This document shows positions 1-9,694 of a stretch of DNA of 64,000 bases, piece by piece; position 1 is the stretch's first letter, and each line of letters starts with the position of its first letter. The stretch spans positions 4,319 to 68,318 of the IMG/VR virus record IMGVR_UViG_3300002334_000064, one strand, 5' to 3'. The position numbers and the translations under genes are program-made. The notes under the pieces are model-generated. The model worked only from the letters and a program-made list of their open reading frames with translations. It had not been told where the DNA came from and did no database searches. Origin of the DNA: a virus.

Positions 1-354
1 GGCATCGAGAACGTATCGAGAGGTTCAAAATTCCGGCGTGAAGAAATGGGCATGTCGTTCGCAGCCGCGCTGATCGGTTCTTACTCATTCGTACGAAAAG
101 GATCAGCAAGTGTAACGCTCGTGACACCGCAACAACATAAGGTGATGTTGTGCCCGAACTGGCACGGTACGAATAAAGTGAATTGGGAAAAGATGGGACG
201 AACCGGGAAATTCAAACGTTCTATGCCAGACAAGATTTCAACAATGTCGGCTTTGTACGCGACACACAAAATCAAAGTCACGAACGACCACGAATCAGAT
301 GCAGCCGCAATAGCTATATACGTTGCGATTAAAAACGGAGGTTTGAAGATATGA
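1..354 (+). CDS. RuvC-like Holliday junction resolvase (5'-truncated by window)
   Basis: Frame open from base 1 (GIENVSRGSK...); acidic IE motif and C-terminal HESDAAAIA typical of the RuvC family; adjacent to RecA. Confidence 0.65.
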   Translation, partial: GIENVSRGSKFRREEMGMSFAAALIGSYSFVRKGSASVTLVTPQQHKVMLCPNWHGTNKVNWEKMGRTGKFKRSMPDKISTMSALYATHKIKVTNDHESDAAAIAIYVAIKNGGLKI

Positions 355-1523
355 GCGAACAACTAAATGCAGCGCTGAAAAGTTTGAACAGAGAAAAGAA
401 AAAGGTTTTGTTCATACCGAACCCGAGACGCGTTATACCGATGCGGCACAAAGAACTAGGACGGCTTCTATCGGGTGACATTGAACCGGGACTACCAACG
501 GGTGTATATATCGAACTACGCGGTGCAGAGCATTCAGGGAAGACCACAACCGCGTTTGCAATGATTGAAGCTGTTATAAATCAGAAGCCGGACAAGTGTT
601 TGAAGTTGGATGAAACTGGGATTGTTGAATCAGATATCCCGAGACGTGTTTTGTTCCTTGATTTTGAACACGCGCTATCATTGCCGTACATGTTCAAAGC
701 TATTCGTGGTGCGATTATTGCACAGTTTAATGAGAAGGGTGATTGCACAAACATTGATGAAGCAAACTTGTTTATACATCAACCCGAGAACATCGAAGAG
801 GGTGGTGATATTCTCAAGTCACTTATGGCAACAGGTGAATTTGGTTTAGTTGTTGTTGATTCTGTAGCCGCTGCTGTTGGGAAAGAAGAACAAGATAAGA
901 CAATGGGCGAGAACACGGTGGGGTTGCAAGCTAGGGCGATGGGTAAATTGTTTCGTAAGGTCACAAATACGATGGCAAAGAACGGTGTAACTATTGTTCT
1001 CGCAAATCAGTTACGAGACAAGATTGGGGTTGTATTTGGTGAGAAGACTTTCGCACCGGGCGGCAGGGCTAAAGATTTTTACGACGCAATCATCATTAAT
1101 ATTTCAGGACGTAGAGATAACCCGTATTTTGAGGACGGCAAAACCGTTGACCTAAGAGCAAAGAAAAACAAGATCACCGGTAAACTTGAAAAGGTTACGT
1201 ACTATTGCGGACGAGCTTGGGGTCTATCTTCGGAGGTCGAACTGTCCGAGCGTGCTTTGTCTTTGGGAATCATCGGGAACAAACGAAGATCAAGTACGGT
1301 TTACCTGTTTCCTGAAAACATGAAAGCAAAGACGATATCGAGCAAGCGCACGTATAAGAATTTTGATACTTGGCTACAGGTGTTGCGGGATAACGATAAG
1401 ATGTTTGAATTGGTATTCAGGCATTGTGAAAGTGCTATTGATAAAGATGGGTGTATTGATAACGGAGATGAAGATGAATTCGTTGATGATTCGCCCGGTA
1501 GAGGAAAGTTGAGTTTCCGATGA
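351..1523 (+). CDS. recA: RecA/UvsX-like recombinase
   Basis: Walker A GAEHSGKTT, DFEHAL, VVVDSVAA, VGLQARAM, NQLRDKIGVVFG, PGGRA motifs. Confidence 0.95.
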   Translation: MSEQLNAALKSLNREKKKVLFIPNPRRVIPMRHKELGRLLSGDIEPGLPTGVYIELRGAEHSGKTTTAFAMIEAVINQKPDKCLKLDETGIVESDIPRRVLFLDFEHALSLPYMFKAIRGAIIAQFNEKGDCTNIDEANLFIHQPENIEEGGDILKSLMATGEFGLVVVDSVAAAVGKEEQDKTMGENTVGLQARAMGKLFRKVTNTMAKNGVTIVLANQLRDKIGVVFGEKTFAPGGRAKDFYDAIIINISGRRDNPYFEDGKTVDLRAKKNKITGKLEKVTYYCGRAWGLSSEVELSERALSLGIIGNKRRSSTVYLFPENMKAKTISSKRTYKNFDTWLQVLRDNDKMFELVFRHCESAIDKDGCIDNGDEDEFVDDSPGRGKLSFR

Positions 1524-2575
1524 AAACCTTACCGAAAAACCCGAAAATCTCCATGATTGCGGCTCGCAATTGCCGCTCTTGGGAAGACCTGAATCTGAAT
1601 TTATCACCCGGTCTAACGGTTATCATTGGCGACAGTGATAGCGGCAAGACAAATATAATCCGCAACATCAACAGCATTCTGAAAAACGATAGCCGCAAGA
1701 GTTTGACAACACACGGAACGGATGAAGACGCATTCGTACAAGTATGTTTTCAAGAAGCAAATGCGTTCGGTAACTTTTTGCCTGAATGGGTTGTTGAGCT
1801 TTCAAAGGGTGAGAAGATTAATTCGTATTGCACGTTTCGTGTTGTTTACAACCAAAGCAGTTACGAAGAACAACCTGAACATGATTTTATAGACAAGTCA
1901 GAGTATGATTCAGTAGGTTCTTCAGTGCCCGACGAGATATCGAAGGTACTTCGGATTGGTCCGGTTGATCTTGGTGGCGAGTCTGTTGATTTCAATGTTG
2001 CGAACCAAAGAGGTGGATTGTTTGGTGTTGACGATACACCCGCAAGGTTTGCAAAGATCATCGGCGCGGTGTCTGGGATATCAACGGTATTCTCGGCAAT
2101 CAAGAGCGGTAACAGTACGTGCCGTGAAATCCGATCAAAGATGAAACACGAAAAAGTTACGCGTGACGAATTGGTTGAAAAGATCGAACAATCGGAAACC
2201 AGTTGGAATGTTGCGGTGACTCAAGAGAACATTGAGACGGCATCGTGTAAGGTCGAAAAGATTGAAGCGATACAGTCAGACATTCAGAAACAAGAAGGTT
2301 GGCGGGATAGATACCGCAAAGGCGTTGAGAAAGGTACACGTTATAGAAAAATCGCAAACGTGAATACAGACAACCTTTCACGCTCGCTCGGCAAGCTCAA
2401 AGTATCAGAAGACAAACTTCATCAAATGATCGACTGGATGAAGCGGCGCGTTAGCCAACATCATTTGATAAATACTACAGCCGAAGAGATCGAGCATATG
2501 AAAAAGAACTTGAAAGACGTACAACAAGAGTTGAGCGAGTTTGAATCTTGCCCACTATGTGGCGGGGAAATATGA
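1520..2575 (+). CDS. SbcC/Rad50-like ATPase, N-terminal half only (ends at zinc hook)
   Basis: LNLSPGLTVIIGDSDSGKTNI Walker A, Q-loop region, coiled coil, terminal CPLCG; no signature or Walker B. Confidence 0.85.
   Translation: MKTLPKNPKISMIAARNCRSWEDLNLNLSPGLTVIIGDSDSGKTNIIRNINSILKNDSRKSLTTHGTDEDAFVQVCFQEANAFGNFLPEWVVELSKGEKINSYCTFRVVYNQSSYEEQPEHDFIDKSEYDSVGSSVPDEISKVLRIGPVDLGGESVDFNVANQRGGLFGVDDTPARFAKIIGAVSGISTVFSAIKSGNSTCREIRSKMKHEKVTRDELVEKIEQSETSWNVAVTQENIETASCKVEKIEAIQSDIQKQEGWRDRYRKGVEKGTRYRKIANVNTDNLSRSLGKLKVSEDKLHQMIDWMKRRVSQHHLINTTAEEIEHMKKNLKDVQQELSEFESCPLCGGEI
1555..1571. repeat. 17-bp palindrome copy (GATTGCGGCTCGCAATT), inside the SbcC-like CDS
   Basis: One mismatch to AATTGCGGCTCGCAATT. 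Confidence 0.85.
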
Positions 2576-3651
2576 TGTTGAAGATTGGTGTATTCGGTGA
2601 CGTGCATATGTCGGAATATGGCCCCGCGTCTCGCAAGAGATATCTAAACTGTCTGATTGAAAAATTCTTTCAGATAGAAGAATTCGATAAACAGTTCAAG
2701 CCCGATGTGTGGGTTTGTCCGGGCGACTGGTTTCACTCTAAGACACGTGCTACTCATTACGAGGTGAGCACCCTTATTGACTGCCTAACCAGTGTGACAG
2801 AGCGTACGGGCGAACCAGTGCTAACCATTGTCGGCAATCACGACTTGGACGGGGATAACCGGCAATCGATAAACAAACAACCGGTGAGTGTCTTAGCCGC
2901 GAGCGGCGTTGTTAAATTTGTGGATATGAAAACTGGCGATCCAAACTACATCGAAAAAGACGGTGAGTCTTACGCGTTCGTTGGGATTCCTTGGGATAGA
3001 AACTTGACGGATTCCGCAGACTTGAGGACCAGAATATCCACGGCGTGTTTGTCAGAAATAGCGGTTGCGAAATCGAACGATATAAATCTTGGCGGCATTA
3101 TTGTTATTTGTCATTGCGACGTGCGACCGTTCAAGACAAAAGATTTTTCGTTGCAAATACCGAATCTTCCGAGCACTGCGAACATACAAGGACGGAATTT
3201 TAAAACGCCCGCTTCTGGAAACAGTATTAACGGCGTGCCAATTATGCTCATCAATGGTCACTTGCACGACCAACAGAAATTTGTATCTGGTGATCGCCTT
3301 TCCGGGCTTTGGACCGGTTCGCTTATGCGTACAAGTCGCAAGGATGACATTGAGCCTACGATATACATGGCAAGGATAAGCGCGAGCAACACGCCATGCA
3401 TGAAGTGTGCTAAAACAATACTTGAGTCTTTGCCTATGGATAAAGCGTTTAGCAGCAAAGTAGACAGTACGGAAGAGATTACCCATAATGGCGGGTTGGA
3501 TGATTTCGCAAACGCGTTGCTAGTAAACGATGATGAAAACAATGAAGACTTATCGGTTACCGTTGACCGAGTATCAAAGCAATTCGATTTTGATGATGAT
3601 GCAGTGAGTACCGCTAAACTTCTTTTGGAATCCGTTGAGATAGTTGGGTAA
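2572..3651 (+). CDS. SbcD/Mre11-like metallophosphoesterase nuclease
   Basis: GDVH, GDWFH, GNHD, NGHLH and GSL motifs; follows the SbcC-like gene. Confidence 0.9.
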   Translation: MMLKIGVFGDVHMSEYGPASRKRYLNCLIEKFFQIEEFDKQFKPDVWVCPGDWFHSKTRATHYEVSTLIDCLTSVTERTGEPVLTIVGNHDLDGDNRQSINKQPVSVLAASGVVKFVDMKTGDPNYIEKDGESYAFVGIPWDRNLTDSADLRTRISTACLSEIAVAKSNDINLGGIIVICHCDVRPFKTKDFSLQIPNLPSTANIQGRNFKTPASGNSINGVPIMLINGHLHDQQKFVSGDRLSGLWTGSLMRTSRKDDIEPTIYMARISASNTPCMKCAKTILESLPMDKAFSSKVDSTEEITHNGGLDDFANALLVNDDENNEDLSVTVDRVSKQFDFDDDAVSTAKLLLESVEIVG

Positions 3652-4277
3652 TGGCTAAACGTAGAAAGAAAGTTGTTTCAAAGAAACGCCGAAGCGTTCG
3701 CGCTGAGGTTGTGGAAAAACCGGTTTCTAAAAAACTTCCGCCTATTGAGTTTTACGTTCCACCAAGTCAACATCGGAAGCTTGGGCGGTACAAGTACGAA
3801 GTTATTGCAGAAGCTTTTTACTTGGAAATGAATCTGAGTCTTCGTGAGTTTTGCGAGAAGTATCATCTGACGTACGAGGTTGTCAGAAAACACCCGCGAC
3901 TTAATCCGAAACTACGAAGCGCTTCCGCGTTCGCTTCTAAGTCAAGGTCTTATCAATCACTACTTGCGTCGGTCAAGATTGATACAGATATTTCGATTGC
4001 ACGGTTTCAGAAACAATTGATAACAAACATGGGCCTTGTTGATGCATTGCAACGATGGTGCGAATCGAAGATCGTGTTGAACACGGACAACGGCAGAGTT
4101 GCAAACACCACATTACCCATAGGTCAAGCCTCAGCCGTTTCGCGGATACTTAAAACATGTTCCGAAGTCATCGTTACAAACTACGAATACATCAACGAAC
4201 TTGAAGCTGATATTGCTACCGAAGAAAAGATCAAACCGAGCTTCGTTGTTGAAGAAAAGAAAAGGATAGAAAAATGA
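3651..4277 (+). CDS. Hypothetical protein with basic N-terminus and HTH-like segment
   Basis: SLREFCEKYHLTYEVVRKH resembles a helix-turn-helix; start overlaps the previous stop. Confidence 0.6.
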   Translation: MAKRRKKVVSKKRRSVRAEVVEKPVSKKLPPIEFYVPPSQHRKLGRYKYEVIAEAFYLEMNLSLREFCEKYHLTYEVVRKHPRLNPKLRSASAFASKSRSYQSLLASVKIDTDISIARFQKQLITNMGLVDALQRWCESKIVLNTDNGRVANTTLPIGQASAVSRILKTCSEVIVTNYEYINELEADIATEEKIKPSFVVEEKKRIEK

Positions 4278-5071
4278 ATATTCAATCAGTAGTAAGCCAG
4301 ATGAAAGACCGCAATTTCGTTGTAAACGCTTGCGGCGGATTGCTCGCGCATCCGTCCAAGCCGAACAAGAAACGGTTCCGATACAACGAAACATCGGATA
4401 AGGCCGGGCAGATTCCGAATGAGCATGAAATATGCGCGGTTGCTTGGTTGGCTCAAAGAGTACATCAAGCAAAGAGACGATCTGGTGACGAATACTACAT
4501 TTCAAACTTGTTAGCGATTGATGATAAGTTTGGCTTGCTCTCGTCCATGTTCTGTATGCAACACTGGTCCAGAATCAAGGATGTTGTGCTTGCATTTTCA
4601 AATATGCCTGAACCGCACGGTATCGGCTTAGGTATGAATGTTGAAAGTGCCGAGGTACGAAATGCGTTTGACAACATCGCAACTTGGGGTGTTGATTCGC
4701 TCGCACCCAAAGGCCACCCATCGAAAACGCTACTGCATCGAATCTGGTTCGGTACTGACCTTGACAAGGTGCATAAGAACGGGCAACAGTTCGATTATGA
4801 ATGGATTATCAGTTGTACGCCTTGGGGTAATTTGATTGTCGATGCACCGTTTAAAATTACTTGGGTTGAAACCAAAGAGTTAGGCGATGAACTGGAAAAG
4901 CAACTTGAACCAAACTTTGACGGTTCAAGCGCCCGCATTCTTGATCGCCTGTTCTTTGAGTATAAAAAAGAGATCGTGAGTACCGAGCCGGGAAAGCTAG
5001 AAAGTTCTGGTACTAGATGGGATGCGGGTATGAGTGTTACTGACGATGAAATTGTTGGAATGGAAGAATAG
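4274..5071 (+). CDS. Hypothetical protein
   Basis: 265-aa ORF with ATGA overlap to the upstream gene. Confidence 0.7.
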   Translation: MNIQSVVSQMKDRNFVVNACGGLLAHPSKPNKKRFRYNETSDKAGQIPNEHEICAVAWLAQRVHQAKRRSGDEYYISNLLAIDDKFGLLSSMFCMQHWSRIKDVVLAFSNMPEPHGIGLGMNVESAEVRNAFDNIATWGVDSLAPKGHPSKTLLHRIWFGTDLDKVHKNGQQFDYEWIISCTPWGNLIVDAPFKITWVETKELGDELEKQLEPNFDGSSARILDRLFFEYKKEIVSTEPGKLESSGTRWDAGMSVTDDEIVGMEE

Positions 5072-5098
5072 AATTTGAAGGACTAAAACAGGCTCGTG

Positions 5099-5115
5099 AA
5101 TTGCGAGCCGCAATT
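5099..5115. repeat. 17-bp palindrome copy (AATTGCGAGCCGCAATT) at the 5' end of thyX
   Basis: Exact consensus. Confidence 0.95.
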
Positions 5116-6057
5116 GTTGATCTGAAAGGTGTTGTTGTGACTGGACAATTAAGAACTGTTGAGCGTATCCACTTAGATAGCGAAGACACGTATGATGTGC
5201 TTTGCTCTAGCGAGTGGGGATACGCACTAGAACGCGGGCAGTACGTCAATCTCGTTGACTGTATGCCTCGACTGGTTGATCTATCAGACGGTCAACCCAA
5301 GACAATCGAGCACGCTATATGCGATGCGGCAAGGGTCTCGTACAGCGGAGGAACAAAGAAGACCCGGAACAACGCCGGGTTGATCCGCTACATGCTGAGA
5401 CACAAACACACTTCACCGTTTGAAATGGTGAAGTTCAAATTCTCTGTCTGTTGTCCTTTGTTTGTTGCCCGCCAATGGGTACGTCACCGAATGTCGAATA
5501 CAAACGAGGAATCTGGTAGATACTCGGAACTTCGGATTGACAATCAATTCTTGCCGATGGAAGTGAGAGCCAACGACGATAAAAACAAACAGGCAACCAG
5601 TCAAATTGTGGGCGAGGGTGACGCTGATTGGTTTGTCCAAAAGCTTATGAGTGTTCAAGAGTACTCTTCTGACTTGTACCTTGAGGCTGTTCGGGAGCGT
5701 GGTATAGCAAGGGAGCAGGCGCGTTGCCTTCTAGGTGTAACGGTGCTCACCCGGTTCGTGTGGTGTATTGATCTTCACAACCTGTTGCACTTCTTGACGC
5801 TGCGACGTGACCCACACGCACAGAAGGAAATCAGAGACTTCGCGGATGGTATCTATTCACTGATTGGTTCGTTGGTGCCTGATACGATCGCGGCGTACGA
5901 GGATTGTATTTTGAATTCAATCACATTAACGCAAACAGAGATCAACGCGATTGTTTCGGTTGGGCTGCAAGACCCGAGCATTCTGAATCAAAAAGGGTTT
6001 GAAGGTCTGAAGACATTGGCAGACAGAACAAGCACGAACAAACAGGAAATTATCTAG
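5101..6057 (+). CDS. thyX: Flavin-dependent thymidylate synthase (start uncertain)
   Basis: AARVSY, RHKHTSPFE, RQWVRHR..NEESGRY signature, REQAR, HAQKEIR. Confidence 0.95.
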   Translation: MRAAIVDLKGVVVTGQLRTVERIHLDSEDTYDVLCSSEWGYALERGQYVNLVDCMPRLVDLSDGQPKTIEHAICDAARVSYSGGTKKTRNNAGLIRYMLRHKHTSPFEMVKFKFSVCCPLFVARQWVRHRMSNTNEESGRYSELRIDNQFLPMEVRANDDKNKQATSQIVGEGDADWFVQKLMSVQEYSSDLYLEAVRERGIAREQARCLLGVTVLTRFVWCIDLHNLLHFLTLRRDPHAQKEIRDFADGIYSLIGSLVPDTIAAYEDCILNSITLTQTEINAIVSVGLQDPSILNQKGFEGLKTLADRTSTNKQEII

Positions 6058-6702
6058 ATGAAAACAATTGCGTTTATCATGGGTTGTACATGTGTCGGTA
6101 AGTCTTCTTTCTTGGAGTACTGCCAATCTCATTATCCGAACAAGGTCGGTCTAGTTGAGGTCGGCAAGACGTTACGAGCGAAGTATCCACCAGAGCACTT
6201 CAAAGGCCAAGCCGCGCCGGAACACACGAAACAAGAGGCTTGGCAGATTTGCGAATCAACCGTCAAGAAGCACGCGAGCGAAGGAAAGCAACTGATACTT
6301 GTTGACGGTCAACCAAGATCAACGCACCAAGTAGAGCAGTGTGTAACGCGGTTCTCTGATTTATGTATGCCGATATGTAAATCAGGAATACCTGTTAATG
6401 ATTGGTTTAGTTTGGAATTTATATACTTTGATGCGTCTTCAGAGCAGCGCGAAGAGCGTATGAAAATAAGACACCCTAGCAATGAACACGCTTACGATTC
6501 GGCTAGTTACGCGCTAACCGCACAAAGACAAGTGAACGACGAGCGTACTTACCTTCGTGTTTTGGTTGATCTAGAAATTCATAATCGAAAATTTACCGTT
6601 GTCAAAGTACCGACGATACAAAGTAAAGCCGATCTTGATGATTTCCATTTTTCTACTATGTGTAATCTTTTTGGTCCCTTTGGACCTGCAAGGCATAATT
6701 GA
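6058..6702 (+). CDS. Nucleoside monophosphate (adenylate kinase-like) kinase
   Basis: P-loop GCTCVGKSS; LVDGQPRS matches the AK DGFPR motif. Confidence 0.7.
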   Translation: MKTIAFIMGCTCVGKSSFLEYCQSHYPNKVGLVEVGKTLRAKYPPEHFKGQAAPEHTKQEAWQICESTVKKHASEGKQLILVDGQPRSTHQVEQCVTRFSDLCMPICKSGIPVNDWFSLEFIYFDASSEQREERMKIRHPSNEHAYDSASYALTAQRQVNDERTYLRVLVDLEIHNRKFTVVKVPTIQSKADLDDFHFSTMCNLFGPFGPARHN

Positions 6703-6703
6703 T

Positions 6704-7168
6704 ATGAACGATACAAAAAAACCAACGCTTCACATGTGCATCGGGTTACCGTATTCCGGTTTCGATGAGTGGGCAAAGCGTACCGGTATGCCAATGGTTC
6801 GACTGGATAGCCTGCGCAACGTGATGCACGGTCAGAAGTTTTGGAAGAACGCCGAGCCTTCGGTATGGTCCAACGCTAAATTGTTTGTGGGTTCTCTTTT
6901 CGATGCGGGGCATTCAGACGTTGTTCTTGTTGCTCCGATGTGGTTGCGTAAACATCGGTCACGTTGGAGTGATACCAGATGGGATCGCACCGCGATACGG
7001 TTTGAGGCAGATTTCTTTGAGTGTCAGAAGCGAGCAGTTGCGGCAGGGAACACCGGCGTTATTCAGGTGATGCAACGTATGGCTAACTCGTTTGATGAGC
7101 CTGATGCGGCGTATGAGGACTTTCTGAGTGTTGAGCGTGTGAGTATGACTAACGCACTCAGAGAATAA
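6704..7168 (+). CDS. AAA_33/PNK-like P-loop protein with degenerate Walker A
   Basis: LHMCIGLPYSGFDEW (GKST replaced), DSLR, LFDAGHSDVVL, CQKRA pattern of small phage kinases. Confidence 0.6.
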   Translation: MNDTKKPTLHMCIGLPYSGFDEWAKRTGMPMVRLDSLRNVMHGQKFWKNAEPSVWSNAKLFVGSLFDAGHSDVVLVAPMWLRKHRSRWSDTRWDRTAIRFEADFFECQKRAVAAGNTGVIQVMQRMANSFDEPDAAYEDFLSVERVSMTNALRE

Positions 7169-7192
7169 TTTCAAAATAGATCATTTCACCCA

Positions 7193-7228
7193 TTGCACTA
7201 CCCGATAAACACGGTAAGGTAGATGTGT
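7193..7228 (+). promoter_or_regulatory. Repeated sigma70-like promoter family, copy 1
   Basis: TTGCAC-16 nt-TAAGGT then AGATGTGT; shares CCGAT..ACGG spacer and downstream AAATGGGT with copies at 18975, 19361, 34782. Confidence 0.7.
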
Positions 7229-7262
7229 GATAAATGGGTATCACAAAATGAAAGGACAACAA

Positions 7263-7604
7263 GTGAGCGAAGATACGACCAAGATGCTAAAGCTTGGTGA
7301 AGAATGGATTGAGATCGGCGTTACCGCCGATACAGGATGTAGCGTATACGTGAAGCCATTCACGACCGTCAACAAATGTGATATTGGATCATCTATCGAA
7401 GACCTAACGGCACACGATCAACTTTGGAGCGCTCAGGATATCGCAGACCAGTTGTTGGTCTTGCAAAACATGAAGAGCGGAACCGCCTTGTACTTTGAAA
7501 CTCGGTATCTCGGTGATCGTGGTAACGGGTTGGTTACAGGTGACGATTGGGCGCAGAAGTCCCGCACATCTTCACGGGTTGCGAGTCTTGGAACGCTGGC
7601 CTAG
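7263..7604 (+). CDS. Hypothetical protein (stand-alone promoter-gene-terminator unit)
   Basis: GTG start after AAAGGAC; bounded by promoter and terminator. Confidence 0.65.
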   Translation: MSEDTTKMLKLGEEWIEIGVTADTGCSVYVKPFTTVNKCDIGSSIEDLTAHDQLWSAQDIADQLLVLQNMKSGTALYFETRYLGDRGNGLVTGDDWAQKSRTSSRVASLGTLA

Positions 7605-7613
7605 TAAGAGGCT

Positions 7614-7649
7614 ACCCGCTAAAGGTTGAGATGCCTTTGGTGGGTTTTT
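7614..7649 (+). terminator. Rho-independent terminator
   Basis: ACCCGCTAAAGG/CCTTTGGTGGGT stem followed by a T tract. Confidence 0.75.
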
Positions 7650-7750
7650 CTTATTGCTATACAACCCAATAGTGTTCAAAGACATTATTGGGTTTTAATT
7701 GGCGCGTGTTGTGCGTGCGACAGATGTTGAGCGTTTGCGAAGGGCACGAA

Positions 7751-8284
7751 ATGGGTAAGGCTAAAAAAGTCTGCGAGTTGCGGGTTGTTACTAAAATCTC
7801 GATTGGAAACTATGAGGACAATCAGATGTGTTTGTCTAGCGATGTGGTTTGGCGGTTGTGCCATCTGACAGCGAGGCCAAAGGAAATCCAACAAGAAAGA
7901 AATGGTGTGCTTGAAACATACCGAACTGCCGTTGTTATCTATTCTTCTGCATACGATCTTTTTCGAGAAATGTTTTCTTTTCCTAAATCGTGCCGCGCTG
8001 AAAATTCGGTTTCGTTTATCACGCTTTATGACGAACCGGTGAAAAACAGTTTGGAACTTACGCTGGTGAGTTCATTGCATTCAGATTTGGTTCACACCCC
8101 TGCGGCAAAAGTCTTGTGTAAACAAGAGCACTTGGAACCCAATTTTCGGAGAGATGGCCCGGTTATATCTATGCGGAGTTTCGGAACCGACGCTTTCACT
8201 CAATGGGTAGGCCGAGCGTTCGAGATTGCCGGTAAGACAGCCAACGGCGACCATATGTACATGTGCTGGGAATATGACGCCTGA
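7751..8284 (+). CDS. Hypothetical protein
   Basis: ORF 7688-8284, likely ATG at 7751. Confidence 0.6.
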   Translation: MGKAKKVCELRVVTKISIGNYEDNQMCLSSDVVWRLCHLTARPKEIQQERNGVLETYRTAVVIYSSAYDLFREMFSFPKSCRAENSVSFITLYDEPVKNSLELTLVSSLHSDLVHTPAAKVLCKQEHLEPNFRRDGPVISMRSFGTDAFTQWVGRAFEIAGKTANGDHMYMCWEYDA

Positions 8285-8300
8285 ATTGCGAGCCGCAATT
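8284..8300. repeat. 17-bp palindrome copy overlapping a TGA stop
   Basis: AATTGCGAGCCGCAATT exact. Confidence 0.95.
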
Positions 8301-8347
8301 GCCTCAGATGTACGGTTCAATACCAAAAGAAATAACAAACCCCAAAG

Positions 8348-8671
8348 GTGAAACGAATGAACGAAGATCAAGTAGAAATCAATCATGCCGTATCGTTGAA
8401 CAAGTATCTTGTAAACGTGGTCCGTAGCGATGGGGGCAACGTTCACACATCACACGAATCGGTACACAATTCTGTACCCCAGAACATGCCAGCGTTGATT
8501 ATTGCGTCGAACCCACAAGACGCAATAGAAGTTGCGCAACGATCGGCGTGTACCCGTCTCAACATTGAGAGATGTATGGTTGATTTCGGGTTCTGCGTAC
8601 TTCTTGACATTGATCTTGATGAGCGTGGTTACTTTGGGCCGATGATCGAGTTTTTGAAACCGTTGTACTAG
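8348..8671 (+). CDS. Hypothetical protein, NxYxVxV paralog family
   Basis: LNKYLVNV...NPQDAIEVA. Confidence 0.65.
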   Translation: MKRMNEDQVEINHAVSLNKYLVNVVRSDGGNVHTSHESVHNSVPQNMPALIIASNPQDAIEVAQRSACTRLNIERCMVDFGFCVLLDIDLDERGYFGPMIEFLKPLY

Positions 8672-8777
8672 GAGTTATCGAATATCTTATGTGACTGATT
8701 CTGAAGGGAATAGACGCAAATTAAGCGGAAGACCTATTAAACACACTACTGTCAGAGCAAATGAAAAGGAAAAAGAA

Positions 8778-9095
8778 ATGGCTACTACACAAATAACTAC
8801 AAAGAATGAAACGACAACCCCATTGAACCGTTATGCGGTTGTGGTTGTGCCGATCAACATCAGCGACATTGAAAACGATAGGGACGCCGAGCGGCACCCG
8901 TACCTTCATCAGCAAATGAGTTTTATCGTTGTGAGTCGTAAAAAGGAACTTGCGGAAGAAGCCGCGATTCGTGCGGCGTCAGAGTACGAATGTTGTAAAC
9001 CTGAAAACTTGAAGATTCTGACGAGATTTATTGTTGACAGTTCGTACGTATTATGCAGTGACGGGATCATGGTTCAACTTATGGATGCTCGGTGA
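8778..9095 (+). CDS. Hypothetical protein, NxYxVxV paralog family
   Basis: LNRYAVVV; AGGA before the ATG at 8778. Confidence 0.65.
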   Translation: MATTQITTKNETTTPLNRYAVVVVPINISDIENDRDAERHPYLHQQMSFIVVSRKKELAEEAAIRAASEYECCKPENLKILTRFIVDSSYVLCSDGIMVQLMDAR

Positions 9096-9120
9096 ATAGA
9101 TAAAAACGAAGGGACCGTCT

Positions 9121-9486
9121 ATGAGTTGGCTACAGAACGGAAACATGATGAGTGTTCTTGATGTTGTGGCGTCGTTCGCGGTAGGTGCCTCAATACTGAT
9201 GATGGTGTTTGAACTGGATATCTGCGTTCAAGGTAGATCACAGTTCAAAGGGCGAAAGAAGGTCAAACGATTCCCGCACGCGGTGATGCTGCTGATGTAT
9301 GCAGTAATCGTATTGTTCGGTTTACAGTTCTTGGATTACGTGGAGCAAGTACAGCGCGGTCCAGACGTTTCAACGGAAGAGACAATCACAGATGAACAAC
9401 GAAACACCAAAGATGAACAGGTATGTTGTGACGGTTCAATCGAAAGCGATTCATGCGGCGGCTCATTACTTGGAGTACTTGGATGA
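9121..9486 (+). CDS. Small membrane protein (2 TM helices)
   Basis: Two hydrophobic segments; leader AAACGAAGGGACCGTCT directly before the ATG. Confidence 0.6.
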   Translation: MSWLQNGNMMSVLDVVASFAVGASILMMVFELDICVQGRSQFKGRKKVKRFPHAVMLLMYAVIVLFGLQFLDYVEQVQRGPDVSTEETITDEQRNTKDEQVCCDGSIESDSCGGSLLGVLG

Positions 9487-9694
9487 TCCTAAGACGTTTG
9501 ATGTTTTCGATGTTAATCCAAACGTGGCGATGAACCGTGCGGTAGAAATGTATTACTTGCAACATTCGATTCCGTCGAAAGAGTTTATCGAGGTATCGTC
9601 ATGCGTAGAGGTCGATAGCGACTTAGCCGGTTTCTTCGGGGTTGGGAGCATAAGCGATTTCTATAATCACGCTCAGTTCTACGTAGAGAGGTAA
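9392..9694 (+). CDS. Hypothetical protein, NxYxVxV paralog family
   Basis: MNRYVVTV...NPNVAMNRA. Confidence 0.6.
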   Translation: MNNETPKMNRYVVTVQSKAIHAAAHYLEYLDDPKTFDVFDVNPNVAMNRAVEMYYLQHSIPSKEFIEVSSCVEVDSDLAGFFGVGSISDFYNHAQFYVER

